From positions 62,001 through 126,000 of the forward strand of contig JAUCBJ010007635.1 of assembly GCA_032718475.1 (NCBI GenBank): a stretch of 64,000 bases of DNA, in the 5' to 3' direction. Positions 53,401 to 61,909 of this stretch are shown here, in pieces. The position numbers and the translations under genes are program-made. The notes beneath the pieces were generated by a model, which searched no databases, was not told where the DNA came from, and saw nothing but the letters and a program-made list of their open reading frames with translations. Positions within the stretch are counted from its first letter, which is position 1. Every line of letters begins with the position of its first letter. This DNA is from Nemertoderma westbladi (Eukaryota; Animalia; Xenacoelomorpha).

Positions 53401-56173
53401 CATGGATGACCTTGTATCCGGCGCAAAAGATTTTGATACAGCATTTTCATTGTACAAAATTGCCAAATCGTCTATGTCCGAAGGAGGTTTTGATTTAAGA
53501 AAATGGGCGACAAATTGCGTAAAGTTACAAACCATCATTGATGAAATCGAAACACCACAAATATTCCCCATGGACGTTAACTCAGTCCCTGTATTAACGG
53601 AAGAGGACACAACTTACGCAAAAGAATCCCTAATGTTACCAAACCCTGATGGCAAGGCAACTAGAGTGTTGGGTCAAATTTGGAATACATCCACGGATTG
53701 CTTAGGTTACAATCTGGATCATATTCACGAGAGTATTGCAACACTAAAACCTACCCGCAAGTCTCTGCTGAAACTCATAGCTCGAATCTATGATCCTCTC
53801 GGATTATTGTCGCCGTGGTTGGCACCATTAAAAATAGCATTCAGAGAAATTACCCAAGCAAAGTCTTTAAATTGGGACTCACCACTTTCTGACAAAGTGA
53901 CATCACAATGGCAAAAATGGGTCTCTGATTTACTAGTATTGAATAATGTCACTGTCCCACGTTGCATTATAGGCCCACAGGAACCAACACAGTATGAATT
54001 GCATATGTTTGCAGATGCAAGTTTACATTTGTACGCTGCAGCTATTTACATTAGAATAACCTATGAAGATTCCACAATTACCTGTCACTTAATAACAAGC
54101 AAGTCTAAACAAGCACCAAAAGATGGTTGCTCTACTCCCCGCAAAGAACTTCTAGGTGCATTTATAGGGGTCCGTTTACTAAGAAACGTGGCAGCAAATA
54201 TTGCGCTCAAAATATCACATAGCTATTGTTGGACAGATGCAATTGATGTCCTTTATTGGGTTAAATCACCTGATCCAAGCAGATACGGTCAATTTGTTCA
54301 TAACAGGTTGAAAGTAATTTTAGAATTAACAAAGGCCACAGATTCAATTTGGCGTCACTGCCCAGGAGTTTTAAACCCAGCAGATTTACCAACGCGTGGC
54401 ATGTCTGCAGTTAATTTAGTTAGAAGCAAACATTGGTTTCAAGGACCACCCTTCCTGTTGGATGAGGAGTCCAAATGGCCCACATCACCTGTGATACGGG
54501 AATCACGTGTGTCACGTGACTGTTTAAAAGAATTTAAGTCAACCCCAATTGCTGCATTAGCTGTCACAGTGTCAAACAAGGAAGAGTTTAATGTAATAAA
54601 TGTTGAGAAATTTAGCAGCAAACAGTCCCTTCTACGTATCATGGCCTGGATTCTTAGATTCAGTAATAATTTAAAAATAAGAACTTTTACCCAGAAAGGG
54701 TGTGACAAGCAGCTGTTATTACTTCCTTATATTACAGCACTCGAATTACAACAAGCAGAAGTACTCATATTATATAAAGCCCAGATGTCCGCCTACCCTT
54801 GTGCTTTCGAATATTTGCATAAAAGGTCAACCTCTTGCCCAAATATTGTGAAACAGCTCAATCTGAAGATTAACAATAATGGCCTGCTTGTGTGCCAAGG
54901 CCGTGTTGCAAATGAATTAATTCCCTTACACACGCAAAACCCTATATTGCTACCACCAGACTCGCACTACACTCGTCTAGTCATTCTTAATTCGCACGAG
55001 CGTGTTTTGCATGCCAGAGTCAGAGATACACTTGTGGATGTTCGAGAACGCTATTGGATCCCAAGTGGGCGGCGGGTTGTCAAACAAATGATTTCTTCTT
55101 GTTTTCAATGTAAACGAATCCAAGGAAAGCCCTTTACGAAACCAGAAGTAAGTCCATTGCCACATCCAAGAACTACTCAATCGTCAAGTCCTTTTGAAGC
55201 AATTGGCGTGGATTTCGCAGGTCCTTTAAAAGTGATTTCAAAACCACATGATGCTGACCAAACAACAGGAAAAATGTGGCTCTCACTCTTCACCTGTGCA
55301 GCTACTCGAGCAATTCATCTAGAGTTAGTTGGTTCACTAACAGCCATTTCGTTTATGAATTGTTTCAGACGGTTTATAGCCAGAAGAGGTATCCCATCCC
55401 TCATTTACAGTGATAACGCAACTAATTTCAAAAAGTCTGCTAAAGAACTTAGAGTCTATCGCGCATTTCTACAAGATCCCGAGGTAGTTAGACTTTTTGG
55501 TGATCTCAATATTCAATGGGAGTACAATGTTGCACGCAACCCATCAGCTTTTGGTTTCATTGAACGCCTCGTAGGCACAGTAAAAACAGCCGTTTATAAA
55601 GTCATAGGAAGGGCTGTTCTGACGGCTGATGAACTCCATAGTGTTATTTTAAGCGTAGAAGCGGCTATTAATAGCCGACCAATCACGTACGTGTATTCTA
55701 AACTTGACGATGATATTCGTCCACTTTCGCCAAGTTATTTCCTTGTTGGCAAACGACTTTGTGCTTTGCCTGATACAAGCGTAAAGGGAACTTTACCAAA
55801 TCCAAATTCAAAGATCAAAAGATCGAACATATTAGATAGACATGGTTACTTAGAGAAAGCACGGAATGCTTTCTGGAAGGCCTGGCGTACAGATTATCTT
55901 CGAGAATTAAGAAGTTTCCATATCGCAAACAATCTACCCCCTCACACTGCCCTATCTCCCAAAGTTGGCGACGTCTGTTTATTACACAATGAATCACTTC
56001 CGCGATGTCTATGGAAACTTTGCCGTATAACAGACTTGATTGTTTCCAAAGACGGCCGAATCCGTTCCGCTAGAATCACGATTGCCCCTCGGAATCGGGA
56101 AGCAAAGAATTTAATTCGCTCCATTGGTCAACTTTACCCTTTAGAAATATTAGATGATGCAGAAAACAACTAG
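50492..56173 (+). CDS. BEL/Pao Gag-Pol polyprotein (1893 aa)
   Basis: Gag LPKLSPPTYSGN; three knuckles CAFCNERHFSNSC, CTKCLANGHMANQC, CHFCQSPSHNSAIC; protease LFDNSAQRSFI; RT ADIKQAF...LYMDDLV; RNase H LHMFADAS...LNPADLPTRG; integrase GVDFAGP, YSDNATNF, GFIERLV. Confidence 0.97.
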   Translation: MMSEGNDDDALNLIKEKRIRGVVRGKVTRLLKHVDLTSHLTDLTTWIDDLTDLRKRLDEADLTVGSFMDEEDMEEDLETQDEYQVKIHNCLSQLKQTVSAPSGLSQNLNTSTFPRTNPIYNSTNQNTSLSFLHSGVEGRVLARSMLPKLSPPTYSGNLLQYKGWHEAFKTAVDDADLPEITKFQYLKQSLRGDALDTIGGLAINGTNYAIGLKLLEDRYGNPDQIIAAHIEQMRLAGKTQPSLRKVYDHCLTHSRALEALGVAMLEYQRTVVPDIIRAIPSGMAEEMVLKNGGRIGDLQWLLDELGKYVTAKEAIRNAINPTTSAATSQQIPAPSPQNNPPQKHTRPNTPTVSNFTVATKQAPNKHKYRLAAQQGQAPSDSRVIQSAIKIPTCAFCNERHFSNSCTYITEPSSRRRVLNEKSRCTKCLANGHMANQCSSTKLCHFCQSPSHNSAICPNSRRMLSGNSNTIPPVPVSAVACESNANAVSSMITPVKQINQDTTLQTATIQAFDKSNNMFMINTLFDNSAQRSFISKAICDVWNLPVVASETLIAKGFLGKGNPKVSNVEQRHDLVELKLKLRNNKVATINVLVTDAICEPINNSVPANMISESRKFKHLPLANPNVSSTDPFDVELLIGADLYWSLVTGNILRDHGNSLVAIESCFGYLLNGPVCNNFQTTFQVNNNDKPDPIISASLLVHSNQPSQCVSVNNTETQILTLLQNFWSLESIGISPKDTAPEIDLKIEFIDGIYQVALPWIRDVSSLPHHYGRCVAQLKTLLIKLINTDSLHSYDDVFQEHFRNGYIEKVDINNSENTLIHYIPHRGIIRENHGTTKLRIVFNASAIDRNIGISLNDCLPSGPNQLPLIFDILLRLRTYRIALVADIKQAFMQCGIKQRDRDLLRFLWVKDINNVDPHNPDIVIYRYTRAMFGLTVCPYVLGDIIKSHLKGKLPKVTNAMHSAIDKLLQDLYMDDLVSGAKDFDTAFSLYKIAKSSMSEGGFDLRKWATNCVKLQTIIDEIETPQIFPMDVNSVPVLTEEDTTYAKESLMLPNPDGKATRVLGQIWNTSTDCLGYNLDHIHESIATLKPTRKSLLKLIARIYDPLGLLSPWLAPLKIAFREITQAKSLNWDSPLSDKVTSQWQKWVSDLLVLNNVTVPRCIIGPQEPTQYELHMFADASLHLYAAAIYIRITYEDSTITCHLITSKSKQAPKDGCSTPRKELLGAFIGVRLLRNVAANIALKISHSYCWTDAIDVLYWVKSPDPSRYGQFVHNRLKVILELTKATDSIWRHCPGVLNPADLPTRGMSAVNLVRSKHWFQGPPFLLDEESKWPTSPVIRESRVSRDCLKEFKSTPIAALAVTVSNKEEFNVINVEKFSSKQSLLRIMAWILRFSNNLKIRTFTQKGCDKQLLLLPYITALELQQAEVLILYKAQMSAYPCAFEYLHKRSTSCPNIVKQLNLKINNNGLLVCQGRVANELIPLHTQNPILLPPDSHYTRLVILNSHERVLHARVRDTLVDVRERYWIPSGRRVVKQMISSCFQCKRIQGKPFTKPEVSPLPHPRTTQSSSPFEAIGVDFAGPLKVISKPHDADQTTGKMWLSLFTCAATRAIHLELVGSLTAISFMNCFRRFIARRGIPSLIYSDNATNFKKSAKELRVYRAFLQDPEVVRLFGDLNIQWEYNVARNPSAFGFIERLVGTVKTAVYKVIGRAVLTADELHSVILSVEAAINSRPITYVYSKLDDDIRPLSPSYFLVGKRLCALPDTSVKGTLPNPNSKIKRSNILDRHGYLEKARNAFWKAWRTDYLRELRSFHIANNLPPHTALSPKVGDVCLLHNESLPRCLWKLCRITDLIVSKDGRIRSARITIAPRNREAKNLIRSIGQLYPLEILDDAENN

Positions 56174-56543
56174 ACTGATAATTAAATGGAACTATTATCA
56201 TATTCTCCAATCACATAGAACAAGTCAAACTTAATCCCAGAACAGTAACAGTACAATTATAAAAGTGTCTCATTGATTGTTTCCTTTTTTGATTGTTAGC
56301 ATGTATAATTATTTATATATTCCTTTTTCGAATGTTTATATCTATATGTCTTTATCTTATATATATACGTATTTATCTTACCCTTAACCCTATTAGGTTA
56401 ATATCAATTTGACCTACTGTGTGCAATAAATACCTCAATTATTTTTGAATTTAAAGCATAAATACAGTAGTTGGTATTGTATTCATAATTAGACGGTGTT
56501 ATGTAAAAGTTGTCATTGAAAATAATGCAAAACATTATCTTTC

Positions 56544-56552
56544 AAGGGGGAC
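56544..56552 (+). promoter_or_regulatory. Polypurine tract of element C
   Basis: AAGGGGGAC immediately before the 3' LTR. Confidence 0.8.
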
Positions 56553-56978
56553 TGTCATGACAACCAATATGTGACGTCATACAATATTGCGGTGGACGGG
56601 TGTTGTAATTAATTTAATATCATTTAAATTGTTAACCGTGCACAATGTGTCGTCACCCTTATGTAATACTGTTTGTATAGTGACAACTCCACATTCTGTA
56701 CACCACAACATTCAATATCAGACCGTTAATTAACAATTAATTAAGGTCATGTTGATGCCTATGTGAATACTACAGATAAAAAGGCTTTGCCAGGTTTGGC
56801 AGAATGCACTCACTATCTTCCAAGCTCTGTCACTGTACATACAGTAGGGGCTTATTTACATGTTTAGTACAGTAGATTATTCTTAAGTTAATATAATCAA
56901 TTAAAGTCATCTTTCAATTCACTTTCAATTCATGGAGAGCGGCAATAACTTGGGCTTACTTACGCTACTTCTATGACA
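56553..56978 (+). repeat. 3' LTR of element C
   Basis: TGTCATGAC...CTATGACA followed by TSD AGAAC. Confidence 0.97.
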
Positions 56979-57577
56979 AGAACATTGACTATTAAAGAAT
57001 ACTATTAAATAACATCCCAGATCTGTATGCATTGGAATTACTCTAATTCTACCGCTAGCTTTGCATAATGTCACCATAGCAACAACCACGCTAGAATTAG
57101 AATTGAGTTAAAAGAACAATAGAAAGCTTGTCCCATTGAATAGCATAGGGAATAAATAGCGCACTACTAGTATCCAAGGATACATAATAATACAGTGACA
57201 TTCTGGAAGGCATTGACTAACGGACAAGTGACCCGAGTGTGTAATTTGTGACAAGTTGTGTGTGTGGTATTTGTGAGTTTATAGGCGAATGTTACTACTA
57301 AGGTGTGTTTACAGTAGCTAGTCGCAATCGTGAAAGTAACCTAACTCTCCAACGAATACCTGAAGTACATCTAAGCCTTTGGGACGGACAGTGGAGTGAC
57401 TTGTGTCGGTTATCGTTGTAGTTGTACGGCTACGTCGTTGGCGAAAGTACAGCTACAGCGGTACATCGGCGCTGAGAATCTCTTACTGTCCGGGGGCGAG
57501 GGAGAAATAGGCAGCGACGCCCGCTCGCCTAACGATATATAAACTCATTATAATATTGGTGAACTCTTATAGCAGAT

Positions 57578-60500
57578 ATGACTGAATTAATAGAAGATGA
57601 TCTTGGTATCAGGGAGAGATATACTCTACCTTTACAAGCATTTGTCGATAGCTTGATACGCGGCGACGCAGATCCAACTACTACGGAGGACGATGGTCGT
57701 TATATCGAACCGCCAATGTCCCAGGAGCAACTTACGCGTGAATTGGATTATAGAAAGTTCACTGCTCGCTACACGCATCGTAATGGTACGTATATGGACT
57801 TCTTGACCACTGGTCATCCTATTGATTTACACGACACTGACGATGTAGACACCGAAAGGGAAATGGTTTTGTTTAAATATCATGCCCAGCGGAGTCGAAA
57901 CGATAAATCGAGAATAGAACACGAGAACTCTATTCGAAACAAACTCGAAAGAGAAGACGTTGAAGAACCTGATAAACGTAACGGTTTCAACGATTATCTA
58001 GAATTCTTACGAGAGACCTATCTCAATGTTGCTAGTCAACAAAACCTCGAAACTCGATATCCCCAAGGTATACATCCAGATCCTATAATGGAACTCAAAC
58101 GGCTCTATTTTACGATGATGTATCTTACCGCCGATCGACCACTCCCTGTCGTTCCAGATACCTTCGAACAGATGGAGGAATATTGTAAAACTGGAGAGCG
58201 ATCACCCGCGTTTCCCCTTCAAGACGTGCGTCTTTGGTATTACTGTGACGAATGCCCTAGACCTAACCAGCAAATCGAAAGGCATAAACATCCTCGGAGA
58301 CGTTGCGCTAAACACAGTTTTACGCGATATACTTATGGGAGTTTCGAGCGTAACCTTTTCGGCGTATCGCCTACGGTCGCACGCCTTAAGCGATCATTGA
58401 ATAAACCCATGATCAGAGTTCCGGAATACTCGGTCAGACCTCCCCATTCACAAGTGATACCTCAAACTCTAGATCCTAATAGTATTACGGATCCTCCCGA
58501 ACTGTACTCACTGTTCAAAGATCTAGTGTTACCTGAACAGCTGATTGGTGGCACTCCGGTAGTGGGTTCGTTGGATATTCGCCAACCTTACCTCGCTGGA
58601 CTAGGACGCGGTCATTTAATATCACCGTTTAACCCCTACAACCGTCCTGGTCTTCCTCCGATCCAACCTGTTACAGAAGTCGAAGAGAGCGTGATACGAA
58701 ATGCATTGGACGCTATTCGGCAGAAAATCGGGAAAGGAACTTACGATTGCTTGGAGAAACGTAAATTGCAACAACAAGTCCAAGCGGTGAAAGAACTAGC
58801 TTTACCCCAGTTCGATAGAGAAATACAAAATCTAGAGGAGGACATCGAATGTGGACGAACCTACTCTTTACAGGAATTCCTGGACGAGCGCTTGCAGCAA
58901 CAAGCGGAGGAAAATCAGCTCGAGGAGAGACATATAGAGCTGACTGAGAGGGAGGAAGCAGCTTTAGCCCAACCAGAAGCTCAAATTCTCGTAACGGATC
59001 TCTATTCCAAAACGATTCTTCACCCCTCGATGGTTCCTCATTTTAAAGACAAGCTCTTTGCTACAGTACAGCCTCAACCGGTTAATACTGATCTCAGATC
59101 TCACGAGCTCGTTGCTGACGCTCCCATGCTACAACGTCCACCCGTAGAGGCTGCCCGTGTCGATGGCGTACTTGTTGAGCCTCCGGACAATAGAGCGGAT
59201 CTTGTCCGTCGCATGGTGCACGATGTTAACATACGCGCCAGACCTTTGCCGGACTCGTTTTATGGAATTAAGGATCATCCTTATTACGTCAATTTAAAGC
59301 AATATTACATGGTGAAACCAGAAGATCCTACGCATAGTCTGAAGTTTCTACCATTGATCAATCCTCTCGACCTTGTTGAACTCGAACAACTACAAAAACA
59401 CCTAGATCAACTAGTTAAAATAAACTCATTTAGAAAACCGTATAATATTTCTAGAATAGAGAAAGAAATATCACCTCCGTATAATCTTGATGGCTTTATT
59501 AAAACTCGATTGGTGCACTGGAATCTTGACGTGTTATTCGAAGAAGAAAGAATAAAACGATATGGCGATGTGGAAACCTATACTACACAATGCTTAAAGT
59601 ATGGAGATTTACCCAATGCTAACGAGTGCGCTACTTTGTGGCATCCAGTGGGAATGACTCTCGAAAACGCCACTAAAGAATGGAACGAGACTCTTAACGT
59701 TATCGAGATGTATGGCGTTGTTACTTACGACAACGAAGGTAGCGTTCCGGTGGGAGAATTAGGAACTACGCGAATGATACATATACGAGGACTCGCTGGT
59801 TCTACCCACGTATTCACTCGAGCGTGTTCTGACGTGATTGATTATTCTTTTGAAACTCTTACCGAGATACAAAAGAAACTTCGACATGGACAATTTGAAC
59901 TCGCGCAGCGTTACGTCACCGACACCGAACGCAAACCGGCCATGGGTATCGATGGATCAATGTTACCCCAACCTGTACTCGCAATGTTGTTTAACGAAAG
60001 AATTCTAAAAATTGGCTCAGCTGTTTATGGAGATCTCCAAAACGACTTCCGGAATATGGAGAACATTCCATACCCTTTCGTTGATACTCAGCTGATTGCT
60101 CCTTGGGCCGAAGGCCGAGGTTTCTTTCGCACTATGTATGCCAATACACCCAGCAGCATTACTAAAGTACAACGGACATCCATCGGACATCTTGCCTTTC
60201 AAGAATATGGTTGGAATTTCAAAGTTGGAAATCCTATAAATTACCAGCAAGTATATGGAGATCATTACTCTCGTTTATATTTTGATGGACCATTAACCGC
60301 GCCTGGTGCCGTATATAGCTTTATGAGTGTTCCACTTCGCCCTTCCTTAGCTATATACACGATCTTTGAGAACGCAGCACTTGCCGGTTGGCTAGCCGAT
60401 GTGTGCAGTCGTACCATACGCGCTCATCCCTTAATACTTGGAACTAAACTCGCCAAGTTAGACGAACACAATAAGTTTATACGTTTCGAATGTTTCCGGC

Positions 60501-61831
60501 GCTTTCTGACTCCGTTCCGTAACGTCGATAGTCAGTTCAAAGATCGCGCGCTGACCAAGCTCAGTCTTAGAGACTCAGCTGCGGAGAAACTGAGTAGCGC
60601 TGGATTTGCCGTGTTTCAAGACGTTTGTATACAGAACTCACATTCATCTGTTATACAAAGACCCCGAATACCTACAGGTTATTCTGTCGTGGAAATACAG
60701 ACAGTGGGTCCACTTACGGAAGCTGACGCACCCACTTCGTCTATGCAACTGGAGGATGAACCAGTATGCTTGGAATCAGAAGCGATTCAACCCACGGCTT
60801 CTCGTAGCAGTGACAATGATTATGTCATAGAGTGGTATCAAGGTCCACAGCGTCTCACAGCGTACGATTATCGACACGCCAACTACGTTTCCCGAAAACG
60901 TTGTCGATTATGCGCGTCGAGAGACCACTTCACTCCTCTCGATTCGAGCGTACCTTGTTCCTATTTCCTCGAACAACCGATGATGGAAATATATTGCGCT
61001 TATTGCCGGCTTAATAACTCTCATATATTTGCCGTCTGCCCACAATTTATGACTCAATGTCACTACTGCCAACTTAAAGGACACGAAAGTTACAATTGTC
61101 CCTTTAATCGCGATTTAGAGAGCGTAGGCGAGATGATCACCCTGAGATACATCCGAGCTTGGGAAGCGAACGCCGATTTACATTGCGAATCCCGACATCG
61201 CTATTACCCTGGACGAGCTTACGAGGGAGTTTACGCGTTCCATCCCTATCTATTCGCATCGATTGAACAGAAAACACGCGTACCAAGTTACGAGTTGATG
61301 AAGCGTGTTGGTGAGTGTATTTCCACCAAGTTTGTCAGGAAATACCTTAGAAACGTTAATCCTAATGATATAACCACATATCACCTGATCAATTTTATCC
61401 GTCAGGACCCTGAGTACGGCGACATTTTCGTGAACTCGCATCCTGAACTCCAGGAAGTATCTCGGCGCCCATATGAATATCGAACCCGAGAACGCGAGCT
61501 GGAGAGAACCATTAAACCGAGAAAGTTCCTCACCACTCACGGTCCACCCACCGCTAGTGTCCAGACGACCCGTCAAGGACCCGTAGGAGCTGCTGTCCTG
61601 AGACGCGCTCTAAAGGCCGTTAGACCTCACTCCACTGAGGTTGATATTAATCAACCAGGTACTTCGACCGGCGGGTATACCGATCGTAACCCTGCACCTT
61701 CTGATGCAATTATATTGCACCCTTCACCTAGGAGCTACAGCCCTCCTCGTAAAGTGGCTCGCCCCAAAGAGAAAATGACTCTTGCTAGCTTCAAGAAACT
61801 GCGTAAACGCCGTCCGCGCAAGAAAGACTAA
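57578..61831 (+). CDS. Accessory protein of element B: unknown N-terminal half + DEDD-type 3'-5' exonuclease + three CCHC-like zinc knuckles + basic tail
   Basis: ExoI VVTYDNEG, RMIHIRG, LPQPVLAMLF, ExoII KIGSAVYGD, FVDTQ, ExoIII-like AIYTIFEN. Knuckles CRLCASRDH...C, CAYCRLNNSHIFAVC, CHYCQLKGHESYNC. C-terminal KKLRKRRPRKKD. 1417 codons intact, ending about 80 bp before the 3' LTR. Confidence 0.85.
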   Translation: MTELIEDDLGIRERYTLPLQAFVDSLIRGDADPTTTEDDGRYIEPPMSQEQLTRELDYRKFTARYTHRNGTYMDFLTTGHPIDLHDTDDVDTEREMVLFKYHAQRSRNDKSRIEHENSIRNKLEREDVEEPDKRNGFNDYLEFLRETYLNVASQQNLETRYPQGIHPDPIMELKRLYFTMMYLTADRPLPVVPDTFEQMEEYCKTGERSPAFPLQDVRLWYYCDECPRPNQQIERHKHPRRRCAKHSFTRYTYGSFERNLFGVSPTVARLKRSLNKPMIRVPEYSVRPPHSQVIPQTLDPNSITDPPELYSLFKDLVLPEQLIGGTPVVGSLDIRQPYLAGLGRGHLISPFNPYNRPGLPPIQPVTEVEESVIRNALDAIRQKIGKGTYDCLEKRKLQQQVQAVKELALPQFDREIQNLEEDIECGRTYSLQEFLDERLQQQAEENQLEERHIELTEREEAALAQPEAQILVTDLYSKTILHPSMVPHFKDKLFATVQPQPVNTDLRSHELVADAPMLQRPPVEAARVDGVLVEPPDNRADLVRRMVHDVNIRARPLPDSFYGIKDHPYYVNLKQYYMVKPEDPTHSLKFLPLINPLDLVELEQLQKHLDQLVKINSFRKPYNISRIEKEISPPYNLDGFIKTRLVHWNLDVLFEEERIKRYGDVETYTTQCLKYGDLPNANECATLWHPVGMTLENATKEWNETLNVIEMYGVVTYDNEGSVPVGELGTTRMIHIRGLAGSTHVFTRACSDVIDYSFETLTEIQKKLRHGQFELAQRYVTDTERKPAMGIDGSMLPQPVLAMLFNERILKIGSAVYGDLQNDFRNMENIPYPFVDTQLIAPWAEGRGFFRTMYANTPSSITKVQRTSIGHLAFQEYGWNFKVGNPINYQQVYGDHYSRLYFDGPLTAPGAVYSFMSVPLRPSLAIYTIFENAALAGWLADVCSRTIRAHPLILGTKLAKLDEHNKFIRFECFRRFLTPFRNVDSQFKDRALTKLSLRDSAAEKLSSAGFAVFQDVCIQNSHSSVIQRPRIPTGYSVVEIQTVGPLTEADAPTSSMQLEDEPVCLESEAIQPTASRSSDNDYVIEWYQGPQRLTAYDYRHANYVSRKRCRLCASRDHFTPLDSSVPCSYFLEQPMMEIYCAYCRLNNSHIFAVCPQFMTQCHYCQLKGHESYNCPFNRDLESVGEMITLRYIRAWEANADLHCESRHRYYPGRAYEGVYAFHPYLFASIEQKTRVPSYELMKRVGECISTKFVRKYLRNVNPNDITTYHLINFIRQDPEYGDIFVNSHPELQEVSRRPYEYRTRERELERTIKPRKFLTTHGPPTASVQTTRQGPVGAAVLRRALKAVRPHSTEVDINQPGTSTGGYTDRNPAPSDAIILHPSPRSYSPPRKVARPKEKMTLASFKKLRKRRPRKKD

Positions 61832-61909
61832 CTGTTTAGAGTATCTTTAGGTTTTAGAAACTGTGATTTTTATATTTTATAGACTGAAAATCCCATTTTC
61901 TGGGAGCGG

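Larger units (their letters stand above)
49833..56978 (+). mobile_element. BEL/Pao LTR retrotransposon C, intact, nested in element B
   Basis: 426-bp LTRs TGTCAT...ATGACA with no visible differences, TSD AGAAC (49828-49832 and 56979-56983), tRNA-type PBS, PPT and a single intact ORF. Confidence 0.98.
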
